This document shows positions 26,381 to 40,036 of a DNA stretch of 64,000 nucleotides, in pieces; positions within the stretch are counted from its first letter, which is position 1, and every line of letters starts with the position of its first letter. The stretch lies in assembly GCA_964016885.1 (NCBI GenBank), contig OZ024743.1:360344001-360408000 (forward strand), in the 5' to 3' direction. The notes below the pieces were generated by a model. It searched no databases. It was not told the DNA's origin and worked only from the letters and a program-made list of their open reading frames with translations. This DNA is from Eledone cirrhosa. Taxonomy: Eukaryota. Made by a program: the position numbers and the translations under genes.

Positions 26381-27977
26381 AAGTCATACAGCCTATCCGT
26401 AACTATGGACCTCAACCACAGGGTTGTCAACTTCCTAGACGTGACCCTGGAGTTGAGTACGGGCTTATACAAGCCATACCATAAGCCTGGAGAGTGCCTC
26501 TCTTATATTAATTATGCCCCCAACCACCCTAAACAGACTCTCAACTCCATAGTCTATAGTATCTCACATAGAATCTCGAGGCTATCCTCCAATGAGGATA
26601 TCTTCAACCAAGCGGCAGATTACTACAATAGGGCCCCGATAAGCGCTGGCTTTAACCGAGGAATTTCCTACATCCCTAACGCTAGCTCTAGAAACCACCC
26701 CCTCATAAAACAAACGTTATAGTAAGCCATACCTATAACCGATCCCGCGGCGACCTCGTTGAAGTCGGATATAATAGAATAGATAAACGCACCAAAGATC
26801 ACGACCCCGGCGACGGTGAACACTGTAGATTACTCGAACTATTCCCCTATTACAAAACCTACAAAGGCGACGGCCTACTACCAACGCCTTCCAACCAACA
26901 TCTTCGTGTACATAAACATGGAAGAGGTAGGAAGAGTGCACCCGAGCATAAAGTGAAAGGGCAAAGAACGGGCGACTGCGCATTAACACACATAAGAGCG
27001 GTCACCTAGATGGAACCACCCGTAGCAAAAGTACAAGGACACGTAATCGCCACTGTAACGTCCTATGGTTCCACACCCCCTACTCTCGAAGTGTGGCCTC
27101 CAACATACCCCGGATGTTCTTCGAAGCCTTAGAGAAGAACTTCCCGCCCAACCATAGGTATAGAAAAATTCTTAATAGGAACAATATAAACATATCCTTC
27201 TCTACTACTCCTAACCTAGCAGACATCACAGGAACAACGAACCACAGTAAAATCACCAAGACACAGCACCTCGACACAGACGCACGTACACCTGACAATA
27301 ACTATATCGGCCTTAACAACTCCCTGGCAGCATCCAATAGTGTTGGCAACGGCATCCGCAGACGCAACCAGCATAACTGCGAAATGACTGGGGAACATGC
27401 AGGACATGACGGGCGGAATAACAATCGCACCACCCCGCGTGCTGTGGGTTGTAATGGTGCTAACGACAGCTGCGGCAGCGTAGGTAGCAACGTAGGCAGC
27501 AACAATGAAAGCCTTACCGTGGGAAATAGACGGAACGGCGACAGAAATTGCAACTGCCGCGACAGAGGACGCTGTCACCTTAGAGGATACTGCTTGACTG
27601 ATAGGGTTATATATAGATGCACTATTACTAGCCACAATAGCGTTAAACCTTATATAGGGGCTACCTCCGGCCCGTTCAAAATTAGGTTTCGAACACACCT
27701 CCACTCTTTCACAAATAGAAAACTAAGGCACTCCACTTCGTTCGCGGACTACATCACATCACTAAAGGACTTAAACATCAGCTTCTCCACGCACTGGCAG
27801 GTTGTCGGCAGGGCTGCACCTTACAACTTCAAGAGGAAATGCGATCTTTGCCTCATGGAGCTCTACCACATCATAACTGCACCCCACGAGCTCATCAACA
27901 GCAGAGCTGAAACAGCGATGAGTTGTACACATCGCTTAAAAATATCCTTCTTCAGAGGGGGTAAGGATGAGGAGTGA
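26381..27977 (+). pseudogene. 5'-truncated, disrupted Hydra-like PLE ORF (RT thumb, CNC linker, GIY-YIG); UTR to ~28532
   Basis: [26 protein letters not shown]; CNCRDRGRC; VIYRC..PYIGAT..FKIRF..H; CDLCLME. Confidence 0.85.
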
Positions 27978-28263
27978 AACCGTACACCGGAACTCACAGC
28001 AACAAGTCTTAACACCCCGGGGGGGCAGGCGCTGCAAAATAACACCCAGGAAACTATCCTTGCATACCAGACCCAGCCTCAGACAAACAGATGCGGCATA
28101 AAAAAAAAAAAAAAAAATTGTCCGGGAAAGACTGCCCTAACGCCGGCCAAAGTTACCTCCCTTGACCTGCTGCAAAATGAAAACAAGATATTTTTGCGAG
28201 CAATGAACCTTGATATGGATTTAACCCCCAAAACTCTTTCCGAGCAATATAAGGAACATTTGT

Positions 28264-28315
28264 CATTACTTATGCCCTTGAGAAGCCCAACAGGGCGAAA
28301 CGTTCGTAGGTGATG
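28264..28315 (+). ncRNA. Minimal hammerhead-like motif with U3:A8 core
   Basis: CATTACTTATG ccc TTGAGAA GCCC aaca GGGC GAAA CG TT CGTAGGTGATG. Confidence 0.55.
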
Positions 28316-28529
28316 TTTTAAATAAACATGTTTTAACCGTCTATTCTCCGATTTTTTTACTTTCCCACGTGCTTACGCTCTGCTAACTCTCTACCCCACT
28401 AAATATTAACACTTCGAATATTTAATACTGCCGGCACTAGTATCGAGCACCTTTGGCATAAGCTACTTGGCAAATAACTATATGTATCACCTATCCTCCC
28501 CTTTTTTTCTCTTTCTCGATACGTAAATA

Positions 28530-28608
<79 letters not shown>

Positions 28609-28811
28609 TACATATATATATATATATACATATATATATATTTATATATATATATATACGTTATGTCCTTGAGCAAGACACTTTATTTCACGTTGCTCCT
28701 TCTACCTGGAGTTGCGACCGATAGATAGTATTAGCAATTGGAAAGACCAACGGAAACATTGTTCCCTCGGTCCGATTTGACGAAAGTCGATCGTCTTTCT
28801 ATATATATATG

Positions 28812-28864
<53 letters not shown>

Positions 28865-28889
28865 GTATATATATATATGTATATATATG

Positions 28890-28922
<33 letters not shown>

Positions 28923-28939
28923 GTATATATATATACATG

Positions 28940-28976
<37 letters not shown>

Positions 28977-28981
28977 GTATA

Positions 28982-29030
<49 letters not shown>

Positions 29031-29089
29031 ATATATATATATATATATGTATATCTATATATGTATATATATATGTATATTTATGTATA

Positions 29090-29164
<75 letters not shown>

Positions 29165-29202
29165 GTATATATATATGTATATGTATATAGGTATATGTAT
29201 AT

Positions 29203-29233
<31 letters not shown>

Positions 29234-29432
29234 TATATATATATATATGTATATATATGTATATATATATATGTATATATATATATGTATATATATATGT
29301 ATATATATATATATAGGTATATGTATATATATATATATGTATATATATATATGTCTATATATATATGTATATATATATATATGTATATATATATATGTAT
29401 ATATATATATGTATATATATATATGTATATAT

Positions 29433-29474
<42 letters not shown>

Positions 29475-29650
29475 CTATATATATATGTATATATATATAT
29501 GTATATATATATGTATATATGTATATGTATATATGTATATATATATATATATAAAGAAAAAGGGATGAAATCGAAAATGCAACTGAAGTCTTATTTTTTA
29601 TTTTTTTATTTTTTTAATTTTTTTTTTTAAATATATATATTTATTTGGTT

Positions 29651-29688
29651 CCTTTACCGGTTTCGCAGTTCTTCTGCTTTTCAAAAGG
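29651..29688 (-). ncRNA. Minimal hammerhead, U3:A8 variant (mirror of 33899..33936)
   Basis: Reverse complement of 33899..33936. Confidence 0.72.
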
Positions 29689-30662
29689 TGAGTTGAGATG
29701 GAGGGTCTGTGGTTTTTCTCACATCTGGTTGGTCTCTAAATGTTACTTGTTTTATATGGAAAAACTGGCTCGAAAACCAGGTTTTTCGAGAAGTAATTTG
29801 ATTGGTTTGTCAATAATTATAATAAATTTCGCGCCAGTTCGCGTTACAATAGTTCTTCAAATAAGAGAGGGGGGGGGGGTTGTCACAGGTTGTTTTTTCA
29901 TATATGAGTGTTTGAATTTCTTTTTACTTGAAAAAATGAGGCTCACGAAGGCTTTTTTTTGGTTGGTTATAAATGAAATTTGGCTGTCACGTGAACAAGT
30001 TTTCATTACATTTTTGCGCCCTTATTTGGAAAACTATTCTGTAGTCTTTATAGTGAATGTTATGACAATGGAGAGATAGTGGTCAAGGGAAAAGGGATTG
30101 GGAGAAATGTTCTGGTTCAGTAAATATGGCCAGCTGTCAGAGTTCAGGTGTCAGAGTTCAGATTTTCTATTGAGACTGAAGATATGTGTTTATTTGTGTG
30201 CTTGTGTGTGTGTATATGTGTGTGTGTGTGTATGTATGTGTGTATTGGAAGATGATTCTATTAGTAGAGATGGGGAGGGAGTTGTGTGTGTATATGGGTG
30301 TTATGTGTGTGTGTGCGAGTATGTTAGATAGAGAGAATATATATTTTGTGTGTGTGTGTATATATATATGTGTGTAGGAAAGTGGTTCTATTAGTAGAAA
30401 TGGGGAGGGTGTTGTAGGTGTGGGGGTTTTTATGTGTGTATGGGTGTTATGTGTGTGGGAGTATGGTTAGCATGTTAAGATGAAGAGAATATATATATAT
30501 ATATATATATATATATCAAGAAACCGAACCTCAATACGTCCGAAACTTCTATACAAGACCACACAACAACAGGGGAAATACCATTAGATATAATAATACC
30601 AATGAAAAAACATTCCAGAAAAATCATTTTTTAGACCAAGGCTACAGGACTCACGACACCCG

Positions 30663-32933
30663 GTGGCACAAACCGATTTTGAAAAACCGAAAATAATTAA
30701 CATTTCAAATACAAACCTCTCAGCCCAACAAGTAAAAATTCTCTCCAAAGGTCTGAAATTCACACCAACACCACAATATCCTAACCCCAATGAGATAAAT
30801 GACGATATCTCACACTTCTGTAGAAAATTACGTCTCACAGAGGAATTCTTTGACAAGGAGAATAACGACGAATCAATTGTACGGAATAAAAGCAGCTACA
30901 ACCCAACAAAAGGTAGAAACAGAGTTCTGGACAAATTTTGTGACCACATAGCTACCTTCCCATACCATGAACTACCGCAACCTAAACCCAAACGCAACAC
31001 AAGGCGAAGGGAATGGGAGATTATCCATGAACTAAAAAACAATCCGGACATTGTAATTAAGGAAGCGGACAAGGGAAGTACTGTTGTCATTATGGAGGCT
31101 GAAAAATATAAAAATTCTATGTTCTCTCTCTTACAAAATGCTAATTACTATGAAAGAGTAAAAAACTACCAGCAATCAAAAATAATGACCAAATTAAACA
31201 CACTGATTTATCGATACCAGGAAGACCTAACTAAAAAGGAACGCGATTATTTAACAAATTTTGAATACAAAACCAGCAACCTTTACGGACTTCCGAAGAT
31301 CCACAAATGTAAAATAATCAGCGATGCCTGTAAACAATCCACCTCAGCCTGCGTGAACACACAATACCCCACAGACCTTAAATTAAGACCAATTGTAGCG
31401 GGCCCACAATGTGAAACACACAGATTGAGCAACTTTATAGACATACTACTGAAACCAATACTGAAACACATACCAAGCCTTGTAAGAGACGATCTGGACC
31501 TCTTAAACCACCTCCCCAAACATGTCAACAACGACACTATTATTGTGTCTTTCGATGTAGTGAATCTCTACACAACGATCCCACACCAATACGGACTAGA
31601 AGCAATAGGATTCTGGCTAGAGAAATATCCCAATGAGATACCTGACAGAATAGAAAAAAGCTTCATCACCGAGGGATTAAAATTCATCCTACAGAACAAC
31701 TTTTTTGATTTCGATGGCAATACTTACAAGCAAATATCGGGGACTGCGATGGGCACAAAAGCCGCTCCAACTTATGCCAACTTAGTCATGGCATACTTAG
31801 AAGTCCAGATATATGAACAGTCCAAATCAAAATACGGATTGAACTTCCACAAATATTTATCAGAGAATTGGAAACGCTACTTGGATGATTGCCTCATTCT
31901 TTGGTCCCACACACTCGACCAACTGAAGGATTTCAAAAACTTAATAAACGGCATCAATAACCACATCCAATTCACAATGGAATACAGCCAAGATCAACTC
32001 CCATTTCTGGACATCTTAATCACAAAAAAAGACACACATATCGAAACTGACATACACTACAAACCAACAGATTCCAAACAATATCTGCTATTCACCTCCA
32101 ACCATCCAAAGCACACGAAGACGAACATTCCTTTTAACCTAGCAAGAAGAATTTGCACAATTGTCTCCAATTATGAAACGCGAAATAAAAGACTTCAAGA
32201 ATTAAAGGAAATTCTACTTGAGAGAGAGTACCCACTATTACTAATAAATAATGGAATAGAAAGGGCTAAAGCAATAGGCATTGATGAATTACGGAAACAG
32301 AAACAAATTCAAGGTACGTCCAATATTCTATCATATATCTCAACACACAACCCAAGAAATGCGGAAGCTTACAACACTATTCACAATAACATCCCACTAC
32401 TAAAACAAAACCCAAGAATGAAAAAAGCCCTTGAAACACACAAAATAATCAAAAGCAAAAGACAACCAAAATCACTGAAAACATTACTCACCAATGCCAA
32501 ATTACCTACCACAAACCCACAACCAAGTATCAAAAAATGTGGTCGCTCTAATTGTGGAACCTGCACTCACCTCATTGAAGGCAACACGTATACATTTAAA
32601 TCAGGACAAAATTTTACTGTAAAAAATCACTTCACTTGCTCATCAAAAAATCTAATTTATGCCATTAAATGTAAAGGATGCAATGAAGATTGTATAGGAC
32701 AAACTAAACTCACACTCAGAAACAGAATGACAGTTCATCGCCAACAATTACGAGATCCAACCACGAGACAAATACCACTAAGTGCACATCTAGACATTTG
32801 CGCAAGTAATAAGACACCCAAATTCCAAGTCTTCCCATTTTACCTTTGCGCTAACAATACAACAGAACAAATGCGAATAAATAAGGAAAATATGTTTATT
32901 AAAAAATATAGACCAACATTAAATAAGGTTTAA
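30663..32933 (+). CDS. Neptune-like PLE RT + GIY-YIG polyprotein (true start uncertain)
   Basis: LSKGLKFTP, ADKG, YGLPKIHK, RPIVA, FDVVNLYT, GTAMGT, RYLDD, PFLD; CGRSNCGTC linker; NLIY..C..C...CIGQT..R...H. Confidence 0.92.
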   Translation: MAQTDFEKPKIINISNTNLSAQQVKILSKGLKFTPTPQYPNPNEINDDISHFCRKLRLTEEFFDKENNDESIVRNKSSYNPTKGRNRVLDKFCDHIATFPYHELPQPKPKRNTRRREWEIIHELKNNPDIVIKEADKGSTVVIMEAEKYKNSMFSLLQNANYYERVKNYQQSKIMTKLNTLIYRYQEDLTKKERDYLTNFEYKTSNLYGLPKIHKCKIISDACKQSTSACVNTQYPTDLKLRPIVAGPQCETHRLSNFIDILLKPILKHIPSLVRDDLDLLNHLPKHVNNDTIIVSFDVVNLYTTIPHQYGLEAIGFWLEKYPNEIPDRIEKSFITEGLKFILQNNFFDFDGNTYKQISGTAMGTKAAPTYANLVMAYLEVQIYEQSKSKYGLNFHKYLSENWKRYLDDCLILWSHTLDQLKDFKNLINGINNHIQFTMEYSQDQLPFLDILITKKDTHIETDIHYKPTDSKQYLLFTSNHPKHTKTNIPFNLARRICTIVSNYETRNKRLQELKEILLEREYPLLLINNGIERAKAIGIDELRKQKQIQGTSNILSYISTHNPRNAEAYNTIHNNIPLLKQNPRMKKALETHKIIKSKRQPKSLKTLLTNAKLPTTNPQPSIKKCGRSNCGTCTHLIEGNTYTFKSGQNFTVKNHFTCSSKNLIYAIKCKGCNEDCIGQTKLTLRNRMTVHRQQLRDPTTRQIPLSAHLDICASNKTPKFQVFPFYLCANNTTEQMRINKENMFIKKYRPTLNKV

Positions 32934-33365
32934 TATACATTATGTCAACACCACAATATGACATACACACACACACATAACACCTACTTTAGAAAATAAA
33001 AACCCGAACTAAATAAACCTTAAACATACGTTTGCACTGGCAATACAACAGCAAACACGAAAAAGTCAGGAAAATATGTTCATTCAAAAATATTCCTACT
33101 AAAGGAATCATTTTCCTACACACACACATACACACACACAAAAAATATATATATATATATATATATTCTCTTCATCTTAACATGCTAACCATACTCCCAC
33201 ACGCATAACACCCATACACACACATAAAAACCCCCACACCTACAACACCCTCCCCATTTCTACTAATAGAACCACTTTCCTACACACATATATATATAAA
33301 CACACACAAAAAATATATATTCTCTCTATCTAACATACTCGCACACACACACATAACACCCATAT

Positions 33366-33398
<33 letters not shown>

Positions 33399-33898
33399 AG
33401 CACACAAATAAACACATATCTTCAGTCTCAATAGAAAATCTGAACTCTGACAGCTGCCATATTCACTGAACCAGAACATTTCTCCCAATCCCTTTTCCCT
33501 TGACCACTATCTCTCCATTGTCATAACATTCACTATAAAGACTACAGAATAGTTTTCCAAATAAGGGCGCAAAAATGTAATGAAAACTTGTTCACGTGAC
33601 AGCCAAATTTCATTTATAACCAACCAAAAAAAAAGCCTTCGTGAGCCTCATTTTTTCAAGTAAAAAGAAATTCAAACACTCATATATGAAAAAACAACCT
33701 GTGACAACCCCCCACCCTCTCTTATTTGAAGAACTATTGTAACGCGAACTGGCGCGAAATTTATTATAATTATTGACAAACCAATCAAATTACTTCTCGA
33801 AAAACCTGGCATTTCGAGCCAGTTTTTCCATATAAAACAAGTAACATTTAGAGACCAACCAGATGTGAGAAAAACCACAGACCCTCCATCTCAACTCA

Positions 33899-33936
33899 CC
33901 TTTTGAAAAGCAGAAGAACTGCGAAACCGGTAAAGG
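33899..33936 (+). ncRNA. Minimal type I hammerhead, U3:A8 variant
   Basis: CCTT TTGAAAA GCAG aagaa CTGC GAAA CCGG TA AAGG. Confidence 0.72.
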
Positions 33937-34080
33937 AACCAAATAAATATATATATTTAAAAAAAAAAAAAAATAAAAAATAAGACTTCAGTTGCATTTT
34001 CGATTTCATCCCTTTTTCTTTATACTTCCACTCGTGTAGGACACCTCGGTTATTTTTCATTTTGTAAAAAAAAACCTCAC

Positions 34081-34184
<104 letters not shown>

Positions 34185-34220
34185 ATATATGTATATATAT
34201 ATATATATGTTTATATATGT

Positions 34221-34294
<74 letters not shown>

Positions 34295-35251
34295 CATCAA
34301 ACATGCCTATAGAATCACCAGATAAAATATATACCGATTCCTCTCCCAATTAGCATAAGTCACCATATAAAAATCAATTAGACCAAGCTATAAGAATAAA
34401 GGACCTTATGAAGAAATCTCCGACAAATAACCGAAAGCAGCCCTTCGCGGCTGTTGCGACGGGGTATTTATCGAGTATTTCGACAGCGTGTATAAATCGA
34501 CCAGATATACTGTGAACTAAACAGAATTAGGTGTAAAATAAACTTGAAGAAAGTTATTATTATTATTATTTAGTTACCTCTACCATGTTTTCGTCCGCAT
34601 TTTAAGATATCCGCTAACATTGGAAATATAGAGTTTCGGACTCTTCAGGAGTTAGCTCAAATTTAGACAATTAATTTTCCAAAGTGATCGCGCCAAGAAT
34701 ACATTAAAAAATGGCTAAGAATCGTGACGTGGCAGCGTACCTATATATACTTAAGTATATATATATATATATATAAATATATGTTTGTAGCTATACATCC
34801 ATATGCAGTGTCCTTCACCAGTTTAAGCCCAGGGGCTGAGAGCGTGCTGCCTCACTGCCATCATTGTAACATTTTCCATAATCAATTTATGACTGTAAGT
34901 ATGATATTGTTGCAATCGTCTTTGTTCGTTGCTGCATTGTAGGCTCACCTGGGAATATCGTAGAAAGAAGAGAACAAATTGTCACCTCAGCGCATAAATA
35001 GACTATAGAAACTGGTTTGAAATCAATGTTTACTAATTACTTTATTAGAATCTGATGACTGAACATAACATGTATGTGGCTATCTCATACCTGGCATAGG
35101 TTATTCTTTTAATCTATTCTCATTGATTATCAAACCCCAGGCACATAATTACGCTTTATATTCCCAAAAGTGTATTCTGATTCCACAGAGAGAAAAACGA
35201 CCATGTCATTTTACTGCGTTTTTCATCGGTACTCGCACACATAAGTATATT

Positions 35252-35330
<79 letters not shown>

Positions 35331-35334
35331 AAAA

Positions 35335-35402
35335 AGATGATTTCATCTTTCTTTCTTTATACTTTCACTCGTGTAGGACACCTCGGTTATTTTTCATTTT
35401 GT
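35335..35402 (+). mobile_element. Short 3'-terminal fragment of the Neptune-like pLTR
   Basis: Matches ~34003..34065 (cactcgtgtaggacacctcggttatttttcattttgt); lies within TA repeats. Confidence 0.7.
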
Positions 35403-35458
35403 TAATATATATATAGATAGATAGATATAGATATATGCCCATTTTTGGCCGCCTCTAT

Positions 35459-35800
35459 AATGCAGATGGATAAATCACCGTGTAACCAAAATCAGGTGGA
35501 TGTAGTAAGAAAGGGAGTAGAGAAGAAGGGAGGAAATAGAAAAAGAAATATGAAATGAAAACCAGATAAGATGTCTGACACTGACACTAGCAACACACAG
35601 CTACGTAATTCCTCTCCGAAAAAACTCTTCGGACTCCCTGACGACGCATGAGAAATACGAAATATAGCGACTAATAAATCGATTCTAAGGTAACTTAATC
35701 TCTGATTTTTATTTCATTTTACATTATTTTTCTTCTGTTTCCTCCTTTATTCTTTAGCCTTTCTTACTACTGCAACTTGATTTTATTACATCTGCAATTT
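35459..35800. repeat. Old inverted repeat with decayed hammerhead-like spacer motif (~35634..35672)
   Basis: ~35460..35570 vs ~35697..35800; CTGACGA..GAAA TATA in the spacer. Confidence 0.5.
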
Positions 35801-36721
35801 ACGGGATTCCAAGAACGACCATTTTCCATATTCCAAAATGCTTCAACCACTCTTCAACACTCATTTGTATATATAGAAAATGATTAAAAATCACCAAGTT
35901 TTAATACATTCAATTACAAAGGATGTAGCACTTTATTCCTTTGTAGAGAAATTTTCAGATTAATTATATAATTTGGAATAGATTATTAGTTACAAATCCA
36001 TGTTCTGACGCATTAAGTTACAATGATTTTTATTCATTTAGGGAGAGCATTAATGTTATAGTAGGCTAGAAGTGTAGGAATTGTTTTAACTGCACAAAAT
36101 ATCCAGTGGTTAGTTTGACTGGTATATTCAGCACTCATATTTTGAATATGTGATAGGAGTGAAATTAGTGAATATAAATCCAATACTATTTATTCTCTAA
36201 AGTGATTTCAGGAAACAGTATTATACGGGTTAATATAATAGAAACTTCTGGAAGCCCGTATTGGCTATGTTATATCTGCCGATAAGATGGATTACTTTTA
36301 TGTTTTGTGCCTTATTTATCTAGAGGTTAATAAATTAATTTCAGATTGCATACATACGCCCATAGGTATCTAGGTATACATAGCCATAAAAAAACCCACA
36401 ATTGCTTAGGTAGACCCAAATATATTCTAACACACACAGATACGTGAACGGGTGTGCCCACCTAAAACATAGTGCTCACCGAAGACATAATGTCACCACT
36501 TACTCACCGCATATTTGCGCACATACAAGCAAAGATGCATATGTGCATACAGATACACACGAATTTATATAATATCAATAACATACTAATATGCAGAACG
36601 TAAGTGTATTAGTCGTGTATATAAATATATGTATATTGTGGCATAAACGCAGGTACTCTCGCGCCTACATATATTTACATAAAGTTAAAAACAGACGATA
36701 ATTTACCATACTAGCAAAATC

Positions 36722-36723
<2 letters not shown>

Positions 36724-36815
<92 letters not shown>

Positions 36816-36854
36816 ACACACACACACACACATACACACACACACACAACAACA

Positions 36855-36880
<26 letters not shown>
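36724..36880. repeat. (CA)n microsatellite
   Basis: Directly visible. Confidence 0.95.
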
Positions 36881-36895
<15 letters not shown>

Positions 36896-37027
36896 GTTAG
36901 AGAGGCAAGAAATTGCTTATTGTGATCCAGTTCGTGGTTAAGAAAGCCAGTTTCATGGATGGTTTCAACGTACGGTTAGGGGTAACTCCACAAGTTTGTA
37001 AGAATTCCGTTCAATCTTGGAGTATAA

Positions 37028-37134
37028 AGTATAAAAGAGAAAACACAGGTAAGCATTAAGAGAAGGATTTTATCCAGGTATTTACGACCTGGATAAAATC
37101 CTTCTCTTAATGCTTACCTGTGTTTTCTCTTTTA

Positions 37135-37138
<4 letters not shown>
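37028..37138. repeat. Perfect 52-bp-arm hairpin with 7-nt loop adjoining (TA)n
   Basis: 37028..37079 / 37087..37138. Confidence 0.9.
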
Positions 37139-37171
<33 letters not shown>

Positions 37172-39525
37172 AGCCCGGGCATACATTTATGCGTAAATAT
37201 GCACCATAAAAGAACATTATACACACACATATCTAGACACATATGCTCTAAGGTTCTTATATATTTCATAGATATTTTAAAGGCTTCAACCTCTCCATAC
37301 AGGTTGAGGCCAACCTCTCGGTCGATAATTACCTCGACGTTACCCTCAACTTGTCGAATGGGTTGCACTACCCGTATAGAAAGCCCAATGATAATCTTAA
37401 TTACATAAGTAAGCATTCTAACAACCCTGCCAGCATAACCAAGAACCTGGTAAGAAACGTTTCTTTGAGGCTTTCCCGTCTATCTACAAACGAGCATATT
37501 TTAACGGATCATTCCACATATTACAATGAAGCTCTTGCTCGGAGTGGATTTATCGATAAGGTAGCATATACTAAGTATGAGCATAGACCAAGGAAAAATA
37601 GGCCCCGACGCGTTATATGGTATAACCCACCATATAATATGGAGGTGGTCACACCATTAGCTAAGATCTTTCTCTCCTTTATTAAGAAGCATTTCCCCTC
37701 AGCACACAAATATAATAACATTTTTAATAGAAATACCACTAAAATTTCTTACTCTACGACTCCTAACCTTGCACATTATATCACTGCTTCAAATTTAGCT
37801 AAATTACCTAGCTGTAGGAACACCTGCATGCCTGTAGCTAGTACTAACTGTAATTGTAGGATTCGGGTTGACTGCTCTTTATACGGGAAATGCCTCTCCA
37901 GCAGCATTGTCTACGAATGTAAGGTCGAAACACCCACGTCCCGTAGGACCTACATAGTGTTAACCGCCAATAGATTCAAGCAGCGTCTTTACATGCACAC
38001 CCAATCTTTTCTTAACCCTTGAAGAAGGAATATGGCGTCATCTTCAGTTTATATTTGGAGTTAAAAGGACAACCACGCCCAATATAGGTTACACTGGGAG
38101 ATCCTAGCAGTGAACGTCTTCTCGAACCAAAGTATCGTCTTCCTGTTTTCCTTCACTTGAAACGTTTTTCGAAATATTACCTGCTGCGTTCACAGATTGA
38201 TTTTGTTTAGTTTCAGAAGATCCCGTTAAGGGTGAACGCAGCGATTCTTTGCTTAAAATTTAATCTGTTATTTAAATAAATATTTGCTCTAGGGTTCTTA
38301 TATATTTGATATATATTTATCCTTATCGATCCCTCTTTGGATTTTAGTCTTTAAATTTATTATTATTACTATTTGTCTCCCTCGTTTGAGCACACTATTG
38401 ACTTATATTTATCATGCAGAAACAACATCTGAATATTTGTACAAAGAACACACCCGTACCAAGCAGGAAGACATACCTAAATCTCCTGATACAGAAAACG
38501 GACTCTTTCCTTAAACGGTTGCGTTGGCGTGCCTTTTATTTCGATAATCATGAAAAAGCGGACAATAAACAGGATAAATGTGGGTGTAAAACTTATAATA
38601 ACCCTCCGAGTAACGCAGCGTTGCTACCCTTCGAAATCGATGTCTTGGAACTCTTACGGAGTATCAAATTTTGCAATAAGAGCAATTCCTTCCAGCACGA
38701 TCTGAAGAATAGAATTCGTTCTATTAAGGATTCTAATGCCGTGCACGTCCACTCCGACAAAACTGGCAATCTATATCATGTGGAGCGCAGTACTTACCAT
38801 CAACTGCTACATAATGCTGTAACTAAGGATTACCGGAAAACTAATCGTTAATGACATCATCGATGCTGGGTTTAAAATCACCTCTGAACTCAGCATCCAG
38901 GACCGGACTGAACCTCTGGACCCACTTTCTCCCCACTTTATCCTGAAGGTACCAATTTCGCCAACAACCCCTCTATTCGGCTTATTAACCCTACGAAGTC
39001 CGATTTAGGTAGACTTAGTAAAAGGATTTTAGATTGAATTATGCCTGAAATTAAAAGCTTGGCCCTTCTCGCACCGTGGAATAATTCTTTCGCGGTGATT
39101 GATTGGTTCAATGGCATACGCAACAAGGAACATTGCCGTTTTATCCAATTCGACATCAATAATTACTACTCCTTCATCACTTTACCACTTCTTCTTAGAG
39201 CTATCAATTTCGCTAAAACGTTCTCGCTGGTTAAGGATTTCGAATTTGATGTCATCCTCAATGCCCGTAAGTCGGTGATTAATTTCGACGATTCTATTTG
39301 GATTGAAAAATATAATAATACCCCATTCAGCCTTTTCCTTCTTTTCTCTATCAAGAAAGAATTCCCCTATCCGGGCGGTGGTTTATACCGTGATGACGGT
39401 CTTTTGACCATGGCAAAGTGCGGTCTACGCACTTGCGTCTGGTTCAGAAAAGAACTCACAGCCTTCTTTAAAGGCTTCAACGTCTCCATACAGGTTGAGG
39501 CCAACCTCTCGGTCGTTAATCACCT

Positions 39526-40036
39526 TGTAGTGACCTACATTCCGCGGGCTCACATACATTCTCTGTGCGTGATTTGGCTCAGCTCAGCCAATCAGCGCCA
39601 GTAGAAGAGGATGTATGCCTACGCGTTCTGTGGGAGAAATAGCCCGCAAAGATTTGAGGACGCGATCACTCGCAGCTTCGACCGTGCTAAGATAAACAAC
39701 CACTTTTCTTGCGCCGTGAAATCACTAGCCAATATGTAACACAACAATTTAACCACGGCCTGGCAACGCTTCTCTCAGCCTGTAGCCCGTGTCTTTCTGG
39801 AATCTTAATTCGTTTGTTTAATTTCTCTTGGCATGCCAGCTCAACCTCTGTTAATAAATAATGTAAAACCAAGCTAAAAGTCGTTTTCGATATTCCTATT
39901 ATATCTTTCTACCAAACCTGGTTCCTCGTGGCAACATTACAACTTCTGAAATATACTTCTCCGCTAAATTGGTACTTATATACCTCAACCAAATTGGTGA
40001 CTTATATTCAATAAAGAGAAACATCCCTTTCCTTTA
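39526..40036 (+). repeat. 5' LTR
   Basis: TG...TA termini; direct repeat of 41591..42101. Confidence 0.9.

Noticed and set aside
28660-28800. Short island with SINE-like piece and small stems
   Set aside because: Too short and fragmentary to assign; no complete motif.
37351-39040. In-frame TGA as selenocysteine (as in Naiad PLEs)
   Set aside because: TGA at 38020 corresponds to TCA in the tandem copy and is not at a Cys position. The domain order is RT then endonuclease, not Naiad-type.
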